DNA from: a virus
Virus record (IMG/VR): IMGVR_UViG_3300022200_000033
Coordinates: 1 to 64,000 of that record
Length of the DNA stretch: 64,000 nucleotides
Reading direction: 5' to 3' (one strand)
The notes beneath the pieces were generated by a model, which had not been told where the DNA came from, ran no database searches, and saw only the letters and a list, made by a program, of their open reading frames with translations. The position numbers and the translations under genes are program-made. This document shows, piece after piece, positions 38,409-48,883 of this stretch (position 1 is its first letter; each line of letters starts with the position of its first letter).

Positions 38409-41400
38409 TTATACGGGTTTAAGGATATAGGATGGTTCAAACCATACCACAGATGAGAATACACTAAATTGATCACCTTGTACTGACATGCCCGTATTAT
38501 CATCAATAACGATAATATTTGTCCCCATGTAGGTTGAATAGATTTCTTTGGGGGTGGTGGAAAACTGTCGTGCCTCTTCTAAGACATAGACATCTTTCCA
38601 TTTGTTTGGAATTTCAAGCACTCCATTTTCATCATACCAAGACTGCCAGTCAACTATATTACCTGGATCTGTTTCTTGATCCCCATAAAGGACGTCTTCC
38701 CAAGTTCTGGCAATCGTCACACCAAACTCATTTAACCCAGTTGACTTAAAGAAAGATATGTTGCTGTATGCACAACCAAACAGTAGACTTAGGGACCCAG
38801 AGAAATTATTCATATCTAGTGGCTCTTCGAATGAGAAAGCTATAACGTTCCACTCATACTTTTCTATGTAGGGATTTTCTACCTTTATTCCGTTTTGATA
38901 AAAAGATATCCCAGGGTATTCTTGTTTTGTATACTTGTCTCTTGCCGATATATAAAATCTTCCAAGACTCGCCACGGGAGTTACGGTAAACTCTATTTCT
39001 CCGTCTCTGTGTGTTAAATAGAATATAGTTTGAGTGGTTCCAATTTCCTGAAATATGTCGTACTTCATAAATAGCTGAAATGTTCCAAGTAGATAGTTTG
39101 CACTTTTATTTCTGTTTATTGGTATTAAAGACCCATACTCAATATCAGCATCTGTATCTAAGACCTTTATTCCAGTATTTTCCGTTAAGTATAGGTATGG
39201 AAGATTTTGTTTACTTAGCATGATTGGATTCTTTGATTTTCCACTGTAATATATTCCAGTTTTTACATATGGATAGATCGGAGTTCCTGTTTTAGTTCCA
39301 ATCGCTGTAAGTGATTTTTGATTAAGAGACTTTGAGGTAATCTCCAGGTTCTTTACTTTTAGCGGATTACTTATTATGCCATCTTGTTCAATTTCAAAAT
39401 GCACAACCATTGCCACGTTCTTAAAATTTATTGCTTTTGGTGGATAGATTACTGTTCCGTCTATTACCCTAAACTTTGTTTTATAAGATTTATATGGATC
39501 AATGTTGGTATTTTGGCTGTCTGCATAAACTGTATAAGAATCTGTTAAGTTTTTTGTATAAGTGAAGCTTGACAATGGCTCATCTGCTCCTTCAGCAAGA
39601 AGCTGGAAGGTAACATAAGCATCAAGGGATGATTGAGATGTATCAATTTGATATTCTGTAATAATATTTCCTGCAAGATCCGCATAGTCTGCGTATCCAG
39701 AAAGAACTGCGTTATCTAAAATACCATAATCTTTCTGAATAGGATCGTTATAGTCTTCAAAAAGCTCTTGGTATGTCCAATCTGGATTATCTACAGTTGT
39801 CTCTACAATGGTGGTTAATGATGGGTATCCAAAGTTAAACTGTAGATAGTCAAGGTCATAGGCGGTTGCTCCATCACTTGTTTCTATGTATGATGCAAAA
39901 GATGATAGAGGAAAATACTCTTCCCATTTAGACGAAACAGATATGTCAAGGAAAAATGCATTGTATCTAAAGAATGGAGACAAGGTGTATGAAGCATAGT
40001 GTCCCTCTAGTAAAGCTCCATCTGCATTATCTGCAATTCCGTTTTCTTGAAAATGTTCGGATATTGATTGATAATTTTCTTGATCAGAAAAACCTATTCT
40101 GTATATCTTACCTTCAAATGTTGAAACTCCATCCCCTCCAACAAACATCGACAGTACTTCTGGGGAACCAAAGAAGGATGCTAGTTCATAATTGAAAGAC
40201 TCAGATATTGTTGGTATGTGGATGCCTACAGCAAAATGACTATTCGCCACAGTAAAACCTGTATCTGCCAATTCCTGCCCATCAAATTCATATTTTATGT
40301 CATATCCAGTTATGTTTATTTCAAATCTTTTTCCAGTTAAAGTGTTTACTATATGAAGAAGCGGCCTTGTTTCTATCACTTCGGACTCTACTTCAAAGAT
40401 TCCATAAAAAGAACTTAGAGGGTTAGATAGAAAAGTTAAAGAGGTGAAGTTTAGATAGCATGGCTCTGTCCAGTTTGTTCCAGTTATTGGCACCCATTCA
40501 TCACCTTCAACATTTGGCCTAAATGATATATTTTTAGCATGGTTTCCACTTGGATATAAAAGATCGTTTAGATCTTTGCAGTCTGAATACCACTCAACAA
40601 CATCTCTTCCTCCCAAATATATGTCTGGCAAGGAGTAATCTGGCACAGAGATAGAATTTGTATTTGCAATTAGATTGTTATAGTATCCTGCATCCCACCT
40701 CTCCATGTCTGGATATACTTTATTTACTGTGTAATTTGCATTTGCAAAGTTTATAATTGCTTCTTCACCATCAAATGAATCATTGATTAGTTCAAGAGGG
40801 TCAGTTCCTTGTCCCCAAACAAAATGCTTTCTTGCAAGCTGAAGAGGTATTGCATAAGGAAAGATTGATAGACAATCAATTTCCATAAGATTTATATCTT
40901 CATAGCTATAAATACCTAACCATTCACTTTCAGAAAGAGAAACAGTGTCTTTATTTATTGTTACTTGGGCAACTTGCTCACCATTTATGAGCATATAAAA
41001 GCTATCTCCCTTTATATATATATGAACAAGCATTGGTCGATACCAATATGATACGTTATGAGATGAAAATTTCCCATCAACAACAAGGGTGATAAATCCT
41101 TCACTTACATAAACCCCATCATTTGTATCTATTGGTCCAAGGATTCTTCTTGATTCTTTTGTAGATGGCCTTGTTTTTATCCAAAACTCCAATGTAAAAT
41201 CTTTAGATATTCCGTCTGTTGTAAAAAACTCTTTATTTGGAAAAATAAAAGATGGAGATCCATCTGATGAAGGGTATATCTTTGTAACATTTTCTGATCC
41301 AAAGATCATTGGTATTCCCTTGTTTATTGCAAGAGCTTTTCCATCTTCACAAACAAAGTAAGCATTCTGAGAAAGAATTCCGTATTGGTCTGATGGAACA

Positions 41401-42077
41401 ACCTTGTTAGATAGTCCAGAGGATACTGGGGACACTTCTGTTCTTGCCCCCAGGCTCTTTGAGGTAAACGGTTCGGACCACTGACCAACAGTTATTCCGT
41501 TAAAGATAAAATTATAATCTCCAGGGGTTCCACCAGTATTCACCTTAGCTCTAAAAATTATGTGACAATAGTCTGAACCGAATTGTTCAATAAGAAAGGT
41601 GTCTTGGATATGAATCCATTCTCTTCTATCTGTAGTTGGTATTATTGTAAATACTTCAATCCAGGAAGATGTTGAGTCGTCATAATACTCATATCCAATC
41701 TCATATTCAGATACATAGATGGAATCTTGGTAGACGTAAGCACTTATACAAAATGTCTCAAGCTCTTCGCTACAATCACTAAAAAGAAAGGTATCTGAGC
41801 TTTTTGCTTCTATATACGTTCCGTCCGATAAAGGAACACTTCCTTCTATTCCAGCGTAGATATTGCTGTCAAATGGGGACCCAATATTTGGGAGAACGAG
41901 AGAATCGTTTGCAGTTCCATTTGTTATGGTCCATCCAACATAAGGGGAATCTGCTTCAAAGGTTCTTTGTTGATTTGTAATTAAAGAAATGTATGAAAAG
42001 TCATCGTCAATAGGCCAGATACCCACTGGATGTTCTGAATATAATTTTGCTGCGTACATGTTAGAAACGTTTGTCAT
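38409..42077 (-). CDS. large virion structural protein with LamG/concanavalin-like domain
   Basis: HP.G.W..DD N-terminus; FTLEFWIK...H....MLINGE LamG-like pattern. Confidence 0.6.
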   Translation of the reverse strand: MTNVSNMYAAKLYSEHPVGIWPIDDDFSYISLITNQQRTFEADSPYVGWTITNGTANDSLVLPNIGSPFDSNIYAGIEGSVPLSDGTYIEAKSSDTFLFSDCSEELETFCISAYVYQDSIYVSEYEIGYEYYDDSTSSWIEVFTIIPTTDRREWIHIQDTFLIEQFGSDYCHIIFRAKVNTGGTPGDYNFIFNGITVGQWSEPFTSKSLGARTEVSPVSSGLSNKVVPSDQYGILSQNAYFVCEDGKALAINKGIPMIFGSENVTKIYPSSDGSPSFIFPNKEFFTTDGISKDFTLEFWIKTRPSTKESRRILGPIDTNDGVYVSEGFITLVVDGKFSSHNVSYWYRPMLVHIYIKGDSFYMLINGEQVAQVTINKDTVSLSESEWLGIYSYEDINLMEIDCLSIFPYAIPLQLARKHFVWGQGTDPLELINDSFDGEEAIINFANANYTVNKVYPDMERWDAGYYNNLIANTNSISVPDYSLPDIYLGGRDVVEWYSDCKDLNDLLYPSGNHAKNISFRPNVEGDEWVPITGTNWTEPCYLNFTSLTFLSNPLSSFYGIFEVESEVIETRPLLHIVNTLTGKRFEINITGYDIKYEFDGQELADTGFTVANSHFAVGIHIPTISESFNYELASFFGSPEVLSMFVGGDGVSTFEGKIYRIGFSDQENYQSISEHFQENGIADNADGALLEGHYASYTLSPFFRYNAFFLDISVSSKWEEYFPLSSFASYIETSDGATAYDLDYLQFNFGYPSLTTIVETTVDNPDWTYQELFEDYNDPIQKDYGILDNAVLSGYADYADLAGNIITEYQIDTSQSSLDAYVTFQLLAEGADEPLSSFTYTKNLTDSYTVYADSQNTNIDPYKSYKTKFRVIDGTVIYPPKAINFKNVAMVVHFEIEQDGIISNPLKVKNLEITSKSLNQKSLTAIGTKTGTPIYPYVKTGIYYSGKSKNPIMLSKQNLPYLYLTENTGIKVLDTDADIEYGSLIPINRNKSANYLLGTFQLFMKYDIFQEIGTTQTIFYLTHRDGEIEFTVTPVASLGRFYISARDKYTKQEYPGISFYQNGIKVENPYIEKYEWNVIAFSFEEPLDMNNFSGSLSLLFGCAYSNISFFKSTGLNEFGVTIARTWEDVLYGDQETDPGNIVDWQSWYDENGVLEIPNKWKDVYVLEEARQFSTTPKEIYSTYMGTNIIVIDDNTGMSVQGDQFSVFSSVVWFEPSYILKPV

Positions 42078-42102
42078 TTACTCTCCTTCCTAATTATAGC
42101 AA

Positions 42103-42136
42103 AGCGGGGCAGCCTCAAACACTACCCCGCTCCGCA
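42103..42136 (-). terminator. terminator-like hairpin after nrdJ
   Basis: GAGCGGGGTAG-loop-CTGCCCCGCTT. Confidence 0.6.
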
Positions 42137-42145
42137 GCCAACCTA

Positions 42146-44089
42146 TTACGCAGAAACTAGGTCTACAACATCACAAGACCCAGCAGTACAAGACAATTCT
42201 TGTGAGCCAGTTGTCGTATCTTCTAGTTCATAAAGTGGAAGGGATTGCCATGGAATATTTGTGGGCATTGACTTTACCGCTTCATTATACTCTTCTTCTG
42301 TTATTTCTTGATATGGTGCTTGTCGGTAAGAATGCTCAGATAACGGTAGGAACGAAACTCCACCAATTGAGTCAAAATTCTTAAAGACCCAAGCCCCAAC
42401 ATCTAGCCACTCGTCCTCTGCAACGTTAATAGTTACTGATGGATTGTGCTCTGTCCAGAATGTTCTATATGCTTTCCAAACCTCAAGGTGCTCAGTTGCT
42501 GAAAGGTCTTTTGTTACTGTAGCGTTATCTGGAGCTTTGATTGGAAAATAAAAAACTGTAGTCATATCAGGCTTCATTACGTCAGGTTCATTTGGAACAC
42601 CAAAGTCCTTAAGAAATGCTGTCAATGGATCTTTGTTATCTGCACGAACAGAACGAATGTAGTACTTTGAATACCATGGATGGATGCCAGAAGACACTCC
42701 AGTTAACTGAGATACCGTTCCTGAAGGCTTTACTGTTGTAATAGCAGTAGAATGATTTATTCCCAGTTTGTCTGCTTCCTTGGCATTCTCGCTTACTGCA
42801 AGCTCTCTCATCTGAGTAAGCATTGTGTTAAGCTCTGGATGCAGTTTTCCTGTCAACTTATTACCAAAAATACCTGTTAAGGAAACCCCAAGCAATCTTT
42901 CTTCTTCTGTATTTGATTGCCATGTTTTACGAATATACTTAAAGTTACTTAGGGTTGATTGCCAAGTACCCAGAATTGTAGCCAGACGAATCTTTGTGAG
43001 TAGAGTTTCAACGGTATCCTCTGCATCAATGACTACTTCAGTTAAATTACAGAACTGATTTGCACGCAAAAGAATCTCTCCACATGGGTTTGTTCCAGCG
43101 ACCTTTGAAGAGTCTCTACGATCAAACTTGTCAATATGCTTACGAACTGCATCAAGGTTATAAATACCTCTCTCACCTGACTTTGACTCATAAAGGTTTC
43201 TCCATTCACGGAGGAACTGAGCAGTATTTGGCTTTGAGTTATATACCGCTGAGTTGTTGGCAAGAGCACGCTGTCCTTCTGTTTCCCACCATTGACCACT
43301 CTTTGCTTTAGCCATCTCAAAGTCATCAAGATTAGACAGGGAAATAAGTGCTGAACGGCGAACTCCACCTACTACAACAACTTCTCCAACCTTGCACATT
43401 AGGTCGTGTGCTTCAATTGACTTTAGTCTACGACCCTTTGCAATAGAGAATGTTTCTACGGTAAACTTAAATAAATCATTAAGAGGCTCTGGCCCTGAAG
43501 CACGGCCTCCAAAAGTCTTTAGCCTTGCTCCTGATGGACGAACCTTTGACATATCCCATTCTGGAATCTGTCCTGTAACCAACAAACCAATTAGTTCTTT
43601 AAATGATTTTGCCCAGCCAAGCTTAGAATCTTCAACAACGATCGTTGTGTTTGTCTGGAACATCTCTTCTGCAATCACAGGAAGATTTTCAATATACTTC
43701 TGCTCTACAGAGAATCCTACTCCTGTTCCATTCATCAAGATGTACATGGCCTCATCAAAGGATCTAAGAGAATCTACGGCGATAAAAGAACAATTGTATG
43801 CTGCGATATGGTCTCTTTCTAAAGCTGGCCCAGCGGTCATTAAGGCACGCATAGATGGCATTACCTTGTGGTTAAGGATTGCATCTCTTACTTCTGCAAA
43901 TGACTTGTCTTTTTCCTTATATCCATAATTTTTTACAAGGTGATTCTTCATGAAGTCCATGTAACGATCTACAGTTTCTACCCATGTTTCCCTCCTACCT
44001 TTTTCTTCCAGCCAACGACTGTATCTTGAAACATGAATGAAATTTCTGTAGGGATCTGAAATTGATCCATTTTCGTTAATAAACGACAT
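42146..44089 (-). CDS. nrdJ: class II (adenosylcobalamin-dependent, monomeric RTPR-type) ribonucleotide reductase
   Basis: RETW.ETV.R, YNCSF, GTGVGFS, GGVRRSA, TNPCGEI, CNLTE, KPSGT, C-terminal CxxxxC; no NrdB/NrdF in window. Confidence 0.9.
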   Translation of the reverse strand: MSFINENGSISDPYRNFIHVSRYSRWLEEKGRRETWVETVDRYMDFMKNHLVKNYGYKEKDKSFAEVRDAILNHKVMPSMRALMTAGPALERDHIAAYNCSFIAVDSLRSFDEAMYILMNGTGVGFSVEQKYIENLPVIAEEMFQTNTTIVVEDSKLGWAKSFKELIGLLVTGQIPEWDMSKVRPSGARLKTFGGRASGPEPLNDLFKFTVETFSIAKGRRLKSIEAHDLMCKVGEVVVVGGVRRSALISLSNLDDFEMAKAKSGQWWETEGQRALANNSAVYNSKPNTAQFLREWRNLYESKSGERGIYNLDAVRKHIDKFDRRDSSKVAGTNPCGEILLRANQFCNLTEVVIDAEDTVETLLTKIRLATILGTWQSTLSNFKYIRKTWQSNTEEERLLGVSLTGIFGNKLTGKLHPELNTMLTQMRELAVSENAKEADKLGINHSTAITTVKPSGTVSQLTGVSSGIHPWYSKYYIRSVRADNKDPLTAFLKDFGVPNEPDVMKPDMTTVFYFPIKAPDNATVTKDLSATEHLEVWKAYRTFWTEHNPSVTINVAEDEWLDVGAWVFKNFDSIGGVSFLPLSEHSYRQAPYQEITEEEYNEAVKSMPTNIPWQSLPLYELEDTTTGSQELSCTAGSCDVVDLVSA

Positions 44090-44225
44090 ATAAACACCCT
44101 TTCTAAGTTTGATTTATGAGTATTGAGTATAGCACTTTTATATCTTTCAATGCAACATCATCTGTAACATTTTTTACAAAATGTTGGTAATAAAGGATGT
44201 TTTTAAGTTTGTGATTATTCTTACA

Positions 44226-45131
44226 TTAATTAAAAAGAAATGTTGCAACTATTGGATCTATTCCCCCTGTTTCAGATACAGGTTGCCAGGATGGAGTGGT
44301 TCCGTCTGTTGTTAGATATTCTCCAGAGTGACCACCTTGATCTGGCAATCCATCGAACAAAGATATTTCATTTTGAACAAACTCTGTTGTTGCTATCTGA
44401 GTGGTGTTTGCTCCGACTATTGCTGTTGGGGCTAACGGAGTTCCAGTAAATGCTGGAGAATCTGAAAGAGCCGTACTTCCTGTTCCTGTAGAGGTCGTTA
44501 CCCCCGTACCACCATTGGCAACAGGAAGAGTTCCAGAAACATGTGTGGTTAACCCCACCTTACCCCAAGTTGGTACAACCCCCACTCCACCAGATAACAA
44601 AGTGTTTCCTGTAACTACATCAGATAGCTTTGACAGAGTGGTTGATCCAGAAGCATAAACAATATCTCCAATAGTATAAGAGGTTATTCCAGTTCCACCC
44701 TTGTTTACCGCAATTGTTGTTGCATCCCATGTTCCTGTTGCAATAGTTCCAACACTGGTTAAGCTTGAGGCAACTACAGAAGATCCTAGGGTTGTCGAAG
44801 TAAGAACTGAGACATTATTTACTTCATAGCCTTTTCCTGTTGCAACATTTACATCTCCAGAAAAATTTGATTGTCCAGAAGCATTTCCAATGTTTATTGT
44901 TGTCGCTGATCCACCAATGTTCAGAGTAGTAGCATTGGTGTTAAATAGATTTGCAGTTATTGCATCTGTTACAAGGCTTCCTCCGTCAATTGCTAGATTA
45001 TTTATAAATGCTGGAGTAGTTAGAAAAGAATCAATATTATTAGCAAGAGACTCTATATCCCCCGCAACATTTACTGGATCTGTTGATAAGGGATAAGCTA
45101 AGGAATAGTTGGCTGTAGATCCGCTGGACAT
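44226..45131 (-). CDS. tail/head fibre protein
   Basis: YP...D..NV..D...LA N-terminus; GTL.VANGGTG and SPAFTGTP.APT...TQIATT fibre repeats. Confidence 0.7.
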   Translation of the reverse strand: MSSGSTANYSLAYPLSTDPVNVAGDIESLANNIDSFLTTPAFINNLAIDGGSLVTDAITANLFNTNATTLNIGGSATTINIGNASGQSNFSGDVNVATGKGYEVNNVSVLTSTTLGSSVVASSLTSVGTIATGTWDATTIAVNKGGTGITSYTIGDIVYASGSTTLSKLSDVVTGNTLLSGGVGVVPTWGKVGLTTHVSGTLPVANGGTGVTTSTGTGSTALSDSPAFTGTPLAPTAIVGANTTQIATTEFVQNEISLFDGLPDQGGHSGEYLTTDGTTPSWQPVSETGGIDPIVATFLFN

Positions 45132-45163
45132 AGTTTAATTATAGCATTTTAAGTATCTTGTGT

Positions 45164-45331
45164 TTAATCTTCCTTACCCCATTTACCTAATGGGCATTCT
45201 GTAAAGCTAAGCCTTGCCTTAACCTTCATAAAACACCCACACTCTTTGCAGGTCCATGTTGCTTTAAATAGTGATGGACATTCGTTGCAAATTGCCAATC
45301 TTTCAAATGCTTTTTCTTTTTCAACAAACAT
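45164..45331 (-). CDS. 55-aa Cys-rich protein (below track cutoff)
   Basis: Hand translation MFVEKEKAFERLAICNECPSLFKATWTCKECGCFMKVKARLSFTECPLGKWGKED; TAATG-coupled to upstream gene. Confidence 0.8.
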   Translation of the reverse strand: MFVEKEKAFERLAICNECPSLFKATWTCKECGCFMKVKARLSFTECPLGKWGKED

Positions 45332-45951
45332 TACATTCCTTCCAAATATTTGTCTAGATCTTCCTCAAAAACCGATTGATCTTCTGGGTAGCCGTTTACA
45401 CCACTTGGCATGATTATATCACCATCCTTGATGGCTTCTTCAATGGCCCTTGCCATTACTGCCTCTTTATCTCCCCATTTTTCTTCTGGACAGAATGAAT
45501 CTGCGCTCTTTGTTGACTCTAAAATTAACACATTGTCTACCGTGCATGTCATATTTTTTGAATCAAACAGTGGGCATGAAATACAGACAGAAACTCTTTC
45601 TTGCCTTTCTTTTCTAGAAACATAGTTTCCTGGACCACAATTATCGCTCCATGGATATTTATCTGAAAAAACTACTTCTTCCTGAACCCCATCTTTTTTA
45701 CCATCAACCTGTATCTTTTCTGATATATTATCTTTGTTTACCTTTGTTGCAAAAAACACCCACCTTCCCGCAATAAGATCTTCATCTTTAATAAATATGA
45801 TCATGTCTTGCTCATCCTGCATTAACTTTAGTCCAGTGCAAAAGTCGTAATCTGCTAATAAATTATTTTTATCATCAAAAACGCATAAAAAAGTTTCACT
45901 ATTTTTCCACATAGTTTCTACTGTATCTTTGTATATTTCTATAATATTCAC
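45331..45951 (-). CDS. hypothetical protein with R..xCxxCP...C...CP..KW domain
   Basis: RVSVCISCPLF...C...CPEEKW; paralogous to 45164..45331. Confidence 0.7.
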   Translation of the reverse strand: MNIIEIYKDTVETMWKNSETFLCVFDDKNNLLADYDFCTGLKLMQDEQDMIIFIKDEDLIAGRWVFFATKVNKDNISEKIQVDGKKDGVQEEVVFSDKYPWSDNCGPGNYVSRKERQERVSVCISCPLFDSKNMTCTVDNVLILESTKSADSFCPEEKWGDKEAVMARAIEEAIKDGDIIMPSGVNGYPEDQSVFEEDLDKYLEGM

Positions 45952-45952
45952 A

Positions 45953-46507
45953 TTAACTCACCTTATACCATTCTGTTCCGCTATTTGTATATCCTGGCTG
46001 ATTGACAAGAACGTCACAGTATGTGTCATAAACTGTTCGCGTATATTGAGTACAAACAACCCCATTATAGTAATTCCAACACATGTATCCTGGACATCCG
46101 CACTGACCAAATGATTGAGTTTGACCAGGAGCGCACTGACCTGGACCAGATTTACAACCACCACATCCAGCATCAAGATAGCAAGGTTGATCGTAGTAAG
46201 TTTCTGTACGAGGAACTTGTCTACAAGAATAGGTGTAAGACTTTCTTTCCATAAAATCTGGGTTTGATGCAGGAGAGTTTATTGATAACCTTGCTATCAC
46301 AGAGAATCTAGCGTTTGCGCTACTCAATGTGTATCTTCCGTTAGATGCATTAAGTGTTGCTGTTCCTGATCCACCTACAAGTGCTGCCGTATACGTCAAT
46401 GTAGGATCATAGTTTGATATGCTAAATACACCAGTTGAAACGTAAGCCATAATTGGGTCTGGGGTAAATTTTCCACTACCTGCGGCTGCTGCAATAGAGA
46501 CTAACAT
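45953..46507 (-). CDS. Cys-rich putative fibre-tip protein
   Basis: ATG 46507 coupled (TAATG) to fibre gene; ten Cys in the C-terminal ~70 aa. Confidence 0.65.
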   Translation of the reverse strand: MLVSIAAAAGSGKFTPDPIMAYVSTGVFSISNYDPTLTYTAALVGGSGTATLNASNGRYTLSSANARFSVIARLSINSPASNPDFMERKSYTYSCRQVPRTETYYDQPCYLDAGCGGCKSGPGQCAPGQTQSFGQCGCPGYMCWNYYNGVVCTQYTRTVYDTYCDVLVNQPGYTNSGTEWYKVS

Positions 46508-47490
46508 TAACTTTGTACCGTGTCTCCAAAAACAAGCCAATCATTAGATCCTGTTTTTAAAATAGTAGCAAAAGAATACTGAGTCCTTGTTTTAATAAAA
46601 GATCCTAAGGTGGAGTCAGTTCCATAAACTGATGGAGGATTAACTCCAGTATCTCCCTTAATAGTAATTTGACTTACCCCAAGTTGAACAACACAAATGC
46701 TTGCTCCTATAGGAAAAAGTTCGAGACTTAAGTTGTTTGGGATTATTATTGTACCTCCGTCTGAAAAAAACAAAACCTTACTCATATCAGAGCTAAGCAA
46801 ATAATACTGTCCACTAGTAAATATAGCAGACTTCGTTCCTGTTGTTATTACTGGACTGGTTAACGTCTTGTTTGTTAAAGTCTCTACTCCAGTAATTGTA
46901 GAGGTTTGTATTCCATTAGAAAATACTTTTCCGTCTTTGTCTACCCACGCCATGGCTGTTCCACCAGAGTTTTGCCATTCTTGGATATTTGCGGTCTGAG
47001 ATGTTTGTGCTTTTACAACAATTCCATTATGTGCTGCGTTTCCAGTTACAACATTTAACCCTATTGTGGTTGACTGTGTTGTTGTTCCTAAAGTTAAATA
47101 CCCTGCCAGGTTCATGTTTCCAGATGCTCCAACAGATCCAACGTTTACTGAAGATGAGTTTTGCCATTGCTGTAGCGGGGATGTTTGAGATGCGATAGAC
47201 CTAATTGTCAGAGGTGTAGTTGTAGTAGATTGTCCAGTGATTACGTTTGGAGTTGCTGTCAATGAAACTTGTTCTACATAGGTAGTTCCTAATCCTGATA
47301 CTGCTGACTGCAAAGCTGTAATAGCGGTTCCAAAAGTTCTAAAATTACCCTCAATGCTGTCATCTGGAATAGGTTCTGTTGAGTAGTCATCTACCCCATA
47401 ATGATAAACCTTTAAAGCTTCAACGATTGTTGCATCGTCTGATAATGTCGGTATACGACTTTTATATTGAAATCCTACTGGTTGAGACAT
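46507..47490 (-). CDS. tail fibre protein
   Basis: Repeated QT..LQ.WQNS modules, TLTNKTLTSP, C-terminal FPIG...Q.G..QI...RTQYS...W.V.GD domain. Confidence 0.7.
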   Translation of the reverse strand: MSQPVGFQYKSRIPTLSDDATIVEALKVYHYGVDDYSTEPIPDDSIEGNFRTFGTAITALQSAVSGLGTTYVEQVSLTATPNVITGQSTTTTPLTIRSIASQTSPLQQWQNSSSVNVGSVGASGNMNLAGYLTLGTTTQSTTIGLNVVTGNAAHNGIVVKAQTSQTANIQEWQNSGGTAMAWVDKDGKVFSNGIQTSTITGVETLTNKTLTSPVITTGTKSAIFTSGQYYLLSSDMSKVLFFSDGGTIIIPNNLSLELFPIGASICVVQLGVSQITIKGDTGVNPPSVYGTDSTLGSFIKTRTQYSFATILKTGSNDWLVFGDTVQS

Positions 47491-47507
47491 ATAATCACCT
47501 ACTAGAA

Positions 47508-48098
47508 TTATACCACTGTGATAAGGGTAGCAATATCAATTGCCTCTGAGTCTAATGCTATCCAACTACCGCCAGAATATTTAATTCCTTCAATATTTAT
47601 TAGTAGGTTTGATCCTGAAATGGTTTGAGAGTTTATTGTCAAAACAATTGGATCTGATCCTATTGGAGTTAAATTAACTACATAAGAGTATGGACCAGAA
47701 ACCACTACCCCTGGGGGAACGATATCTGATGTCGGTATACTCATTGTTGCTACCCCTGCTGTAAAAATTTCTTCAACATTTCTGTTATATATTGGAGGAG
47801 ATAATCTAAGTACTTGATCCCAGCTGTCTCCCGATACCTTTGGATTATAAATATAAAGCCATCCGTAGTTTGCTCCTGCGGCTGTATTTATGTACATATC
47901 CCCGTCAACAGGAACAACAGCATCTCCAAATACGTTTTCTGATACCGTAATATCATTTGGATTTCCAGAACCTGCATAAAATGTTGCTCCTCTTTGACCC
48001 TGTGGACCAAAGTCAACTCCAACATCAATTACTGATGGTGGTGCAAAAACAACTATGTCGTCAGAGTTAACGACAACATCAAAAACGTTTATTGTCAT
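47508..48098 (-). CDS. virion structural protein with short collagen-like motif
   Basis: FGPQGQRG, GDMYIN; in fibre cassette. Confidence 0.6.
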   Translation of the reverse strand: MTINVFDVVVNSDDIVVFAPPSVIDVGVDFGPQGQRGATFYAGSGNPNDITVSENVFGDAVVPVDGDMYINTAAGANYGWLYIYNPKVSGDSWDQVLRLSPPIYNRNVEEIFTAGVATMSIPTSDIVPPGVVVSGPYSYVVNLTPIGSDPIVLTINSQTISGSNLLINIEGIKYSGGSWIALDSEAIDIATLITVV

Positions 48099-48448
48099 GG
48101 TGTAGTGATATCTCCTGTAACGGATATGGTACCTGTTAAAAGTGTGTACACTATATTAGCATTTTCTTTATCCTGAATAGAAACATCATAGTAATAAGTT
48201 GTTCCTGGAGTTAAAGAGTTTCCAACGTCTGGTCTTATTTCGCAGGTAACTGAGTTATCTCCAATTGCCGTGCTTCCTTCTTGAGTGCTACCAGATGCAC
48301 CGTTTCTAGAAGTTGAAATTCTAAAATAAGCATCGTAAGTTATGCTATCTACTGGATAGAGATCTCCCGCAGTAGTTTTTGGACGGATTACAAATTGATA
48401 AAGGTCACCTTTGTAATATCTAATATTATAATTTCCAGGAAAACTCAT
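48095..48448 (-). CDS. BppU-like adaptor protein
   Basis: YNI..YKGD...YYYDV.I......LL.G.I.V..D.T pattern. Confidence 0.6.
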   Translation of the reverse strand: MSFPGNYNIRYYKGDLYQFVIRPKTTAGDLYPVDSITYDAYFRISTSRNGASGSTQEGSTAIGDNSVTCEIRPDVGNSLTPGTTYYYDVSIQDKENANIVYTLLTGTISVTGDITTP

Positions 48449-48466
48449 ATTTAAATTATACCATCA

Positions 48467-48850
48467 CTACCATTGAACATCGTCTCCTATTGATGCAAAT
48501 ACGGGCTCTTCTACTCTCATGCCATTTATATTTAATGATATCTCAGAAGCCCTTGTTTCTGTGGACTTCTTCTTATTACCTTGTTGATCAAGCCAAGAAA
48601 CTTCTTTAATTGTGCCTTGAACAGTAATAGGGTCTCCCTTGGAAAGATGAGCGATAGCTTTCTTGGCAAGATTATCCCATGCCACCACCGTCCAACCAGA
48701 CGTATCACGATCTTCCCAATCGCCGTGGTCATTTTTACGGCGGTCTGAGGTAATAATACGAAACTTTATTTTTTGTGTTCCATCAGACATTGTTCTTGCT
48801 TCAATATCTGTACCAATTCTTCCTGATAATACAATATTTGGATTTGACAT
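48467..48850 (-). CDS. ssb: single-stranded DNA-binding protein (bacterial SSB type)
   Basis: L.GRIG.D.E.R, W.D....V.AW..LA......L.KGD...V.G, acidic C-terminus DDVQW. Confidence 0.85.
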   Translation of the reverse strand: MSNPNIVLSGRIGTDIEARTMSDGTQKIKFRIITSDRRKNDHGDWEDRDTSGWTVVAWDNLAKKAIAHLSKGDPITVQGTIKEVSWLDQQGNKKKSTETRASEISLNINGMRVEEPVFASIGDDVQW

Positions 48851-48883
48851 TTTTTTCCTATCTACTAAAGGGTTTATAAAATA

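Noticed and set aside
3724-44089. Inteins or introns in dnaE, dnaB or nrdJ
   Set aside because: Protein lengths are normal and continuous; no intein C1/HN motifs seen
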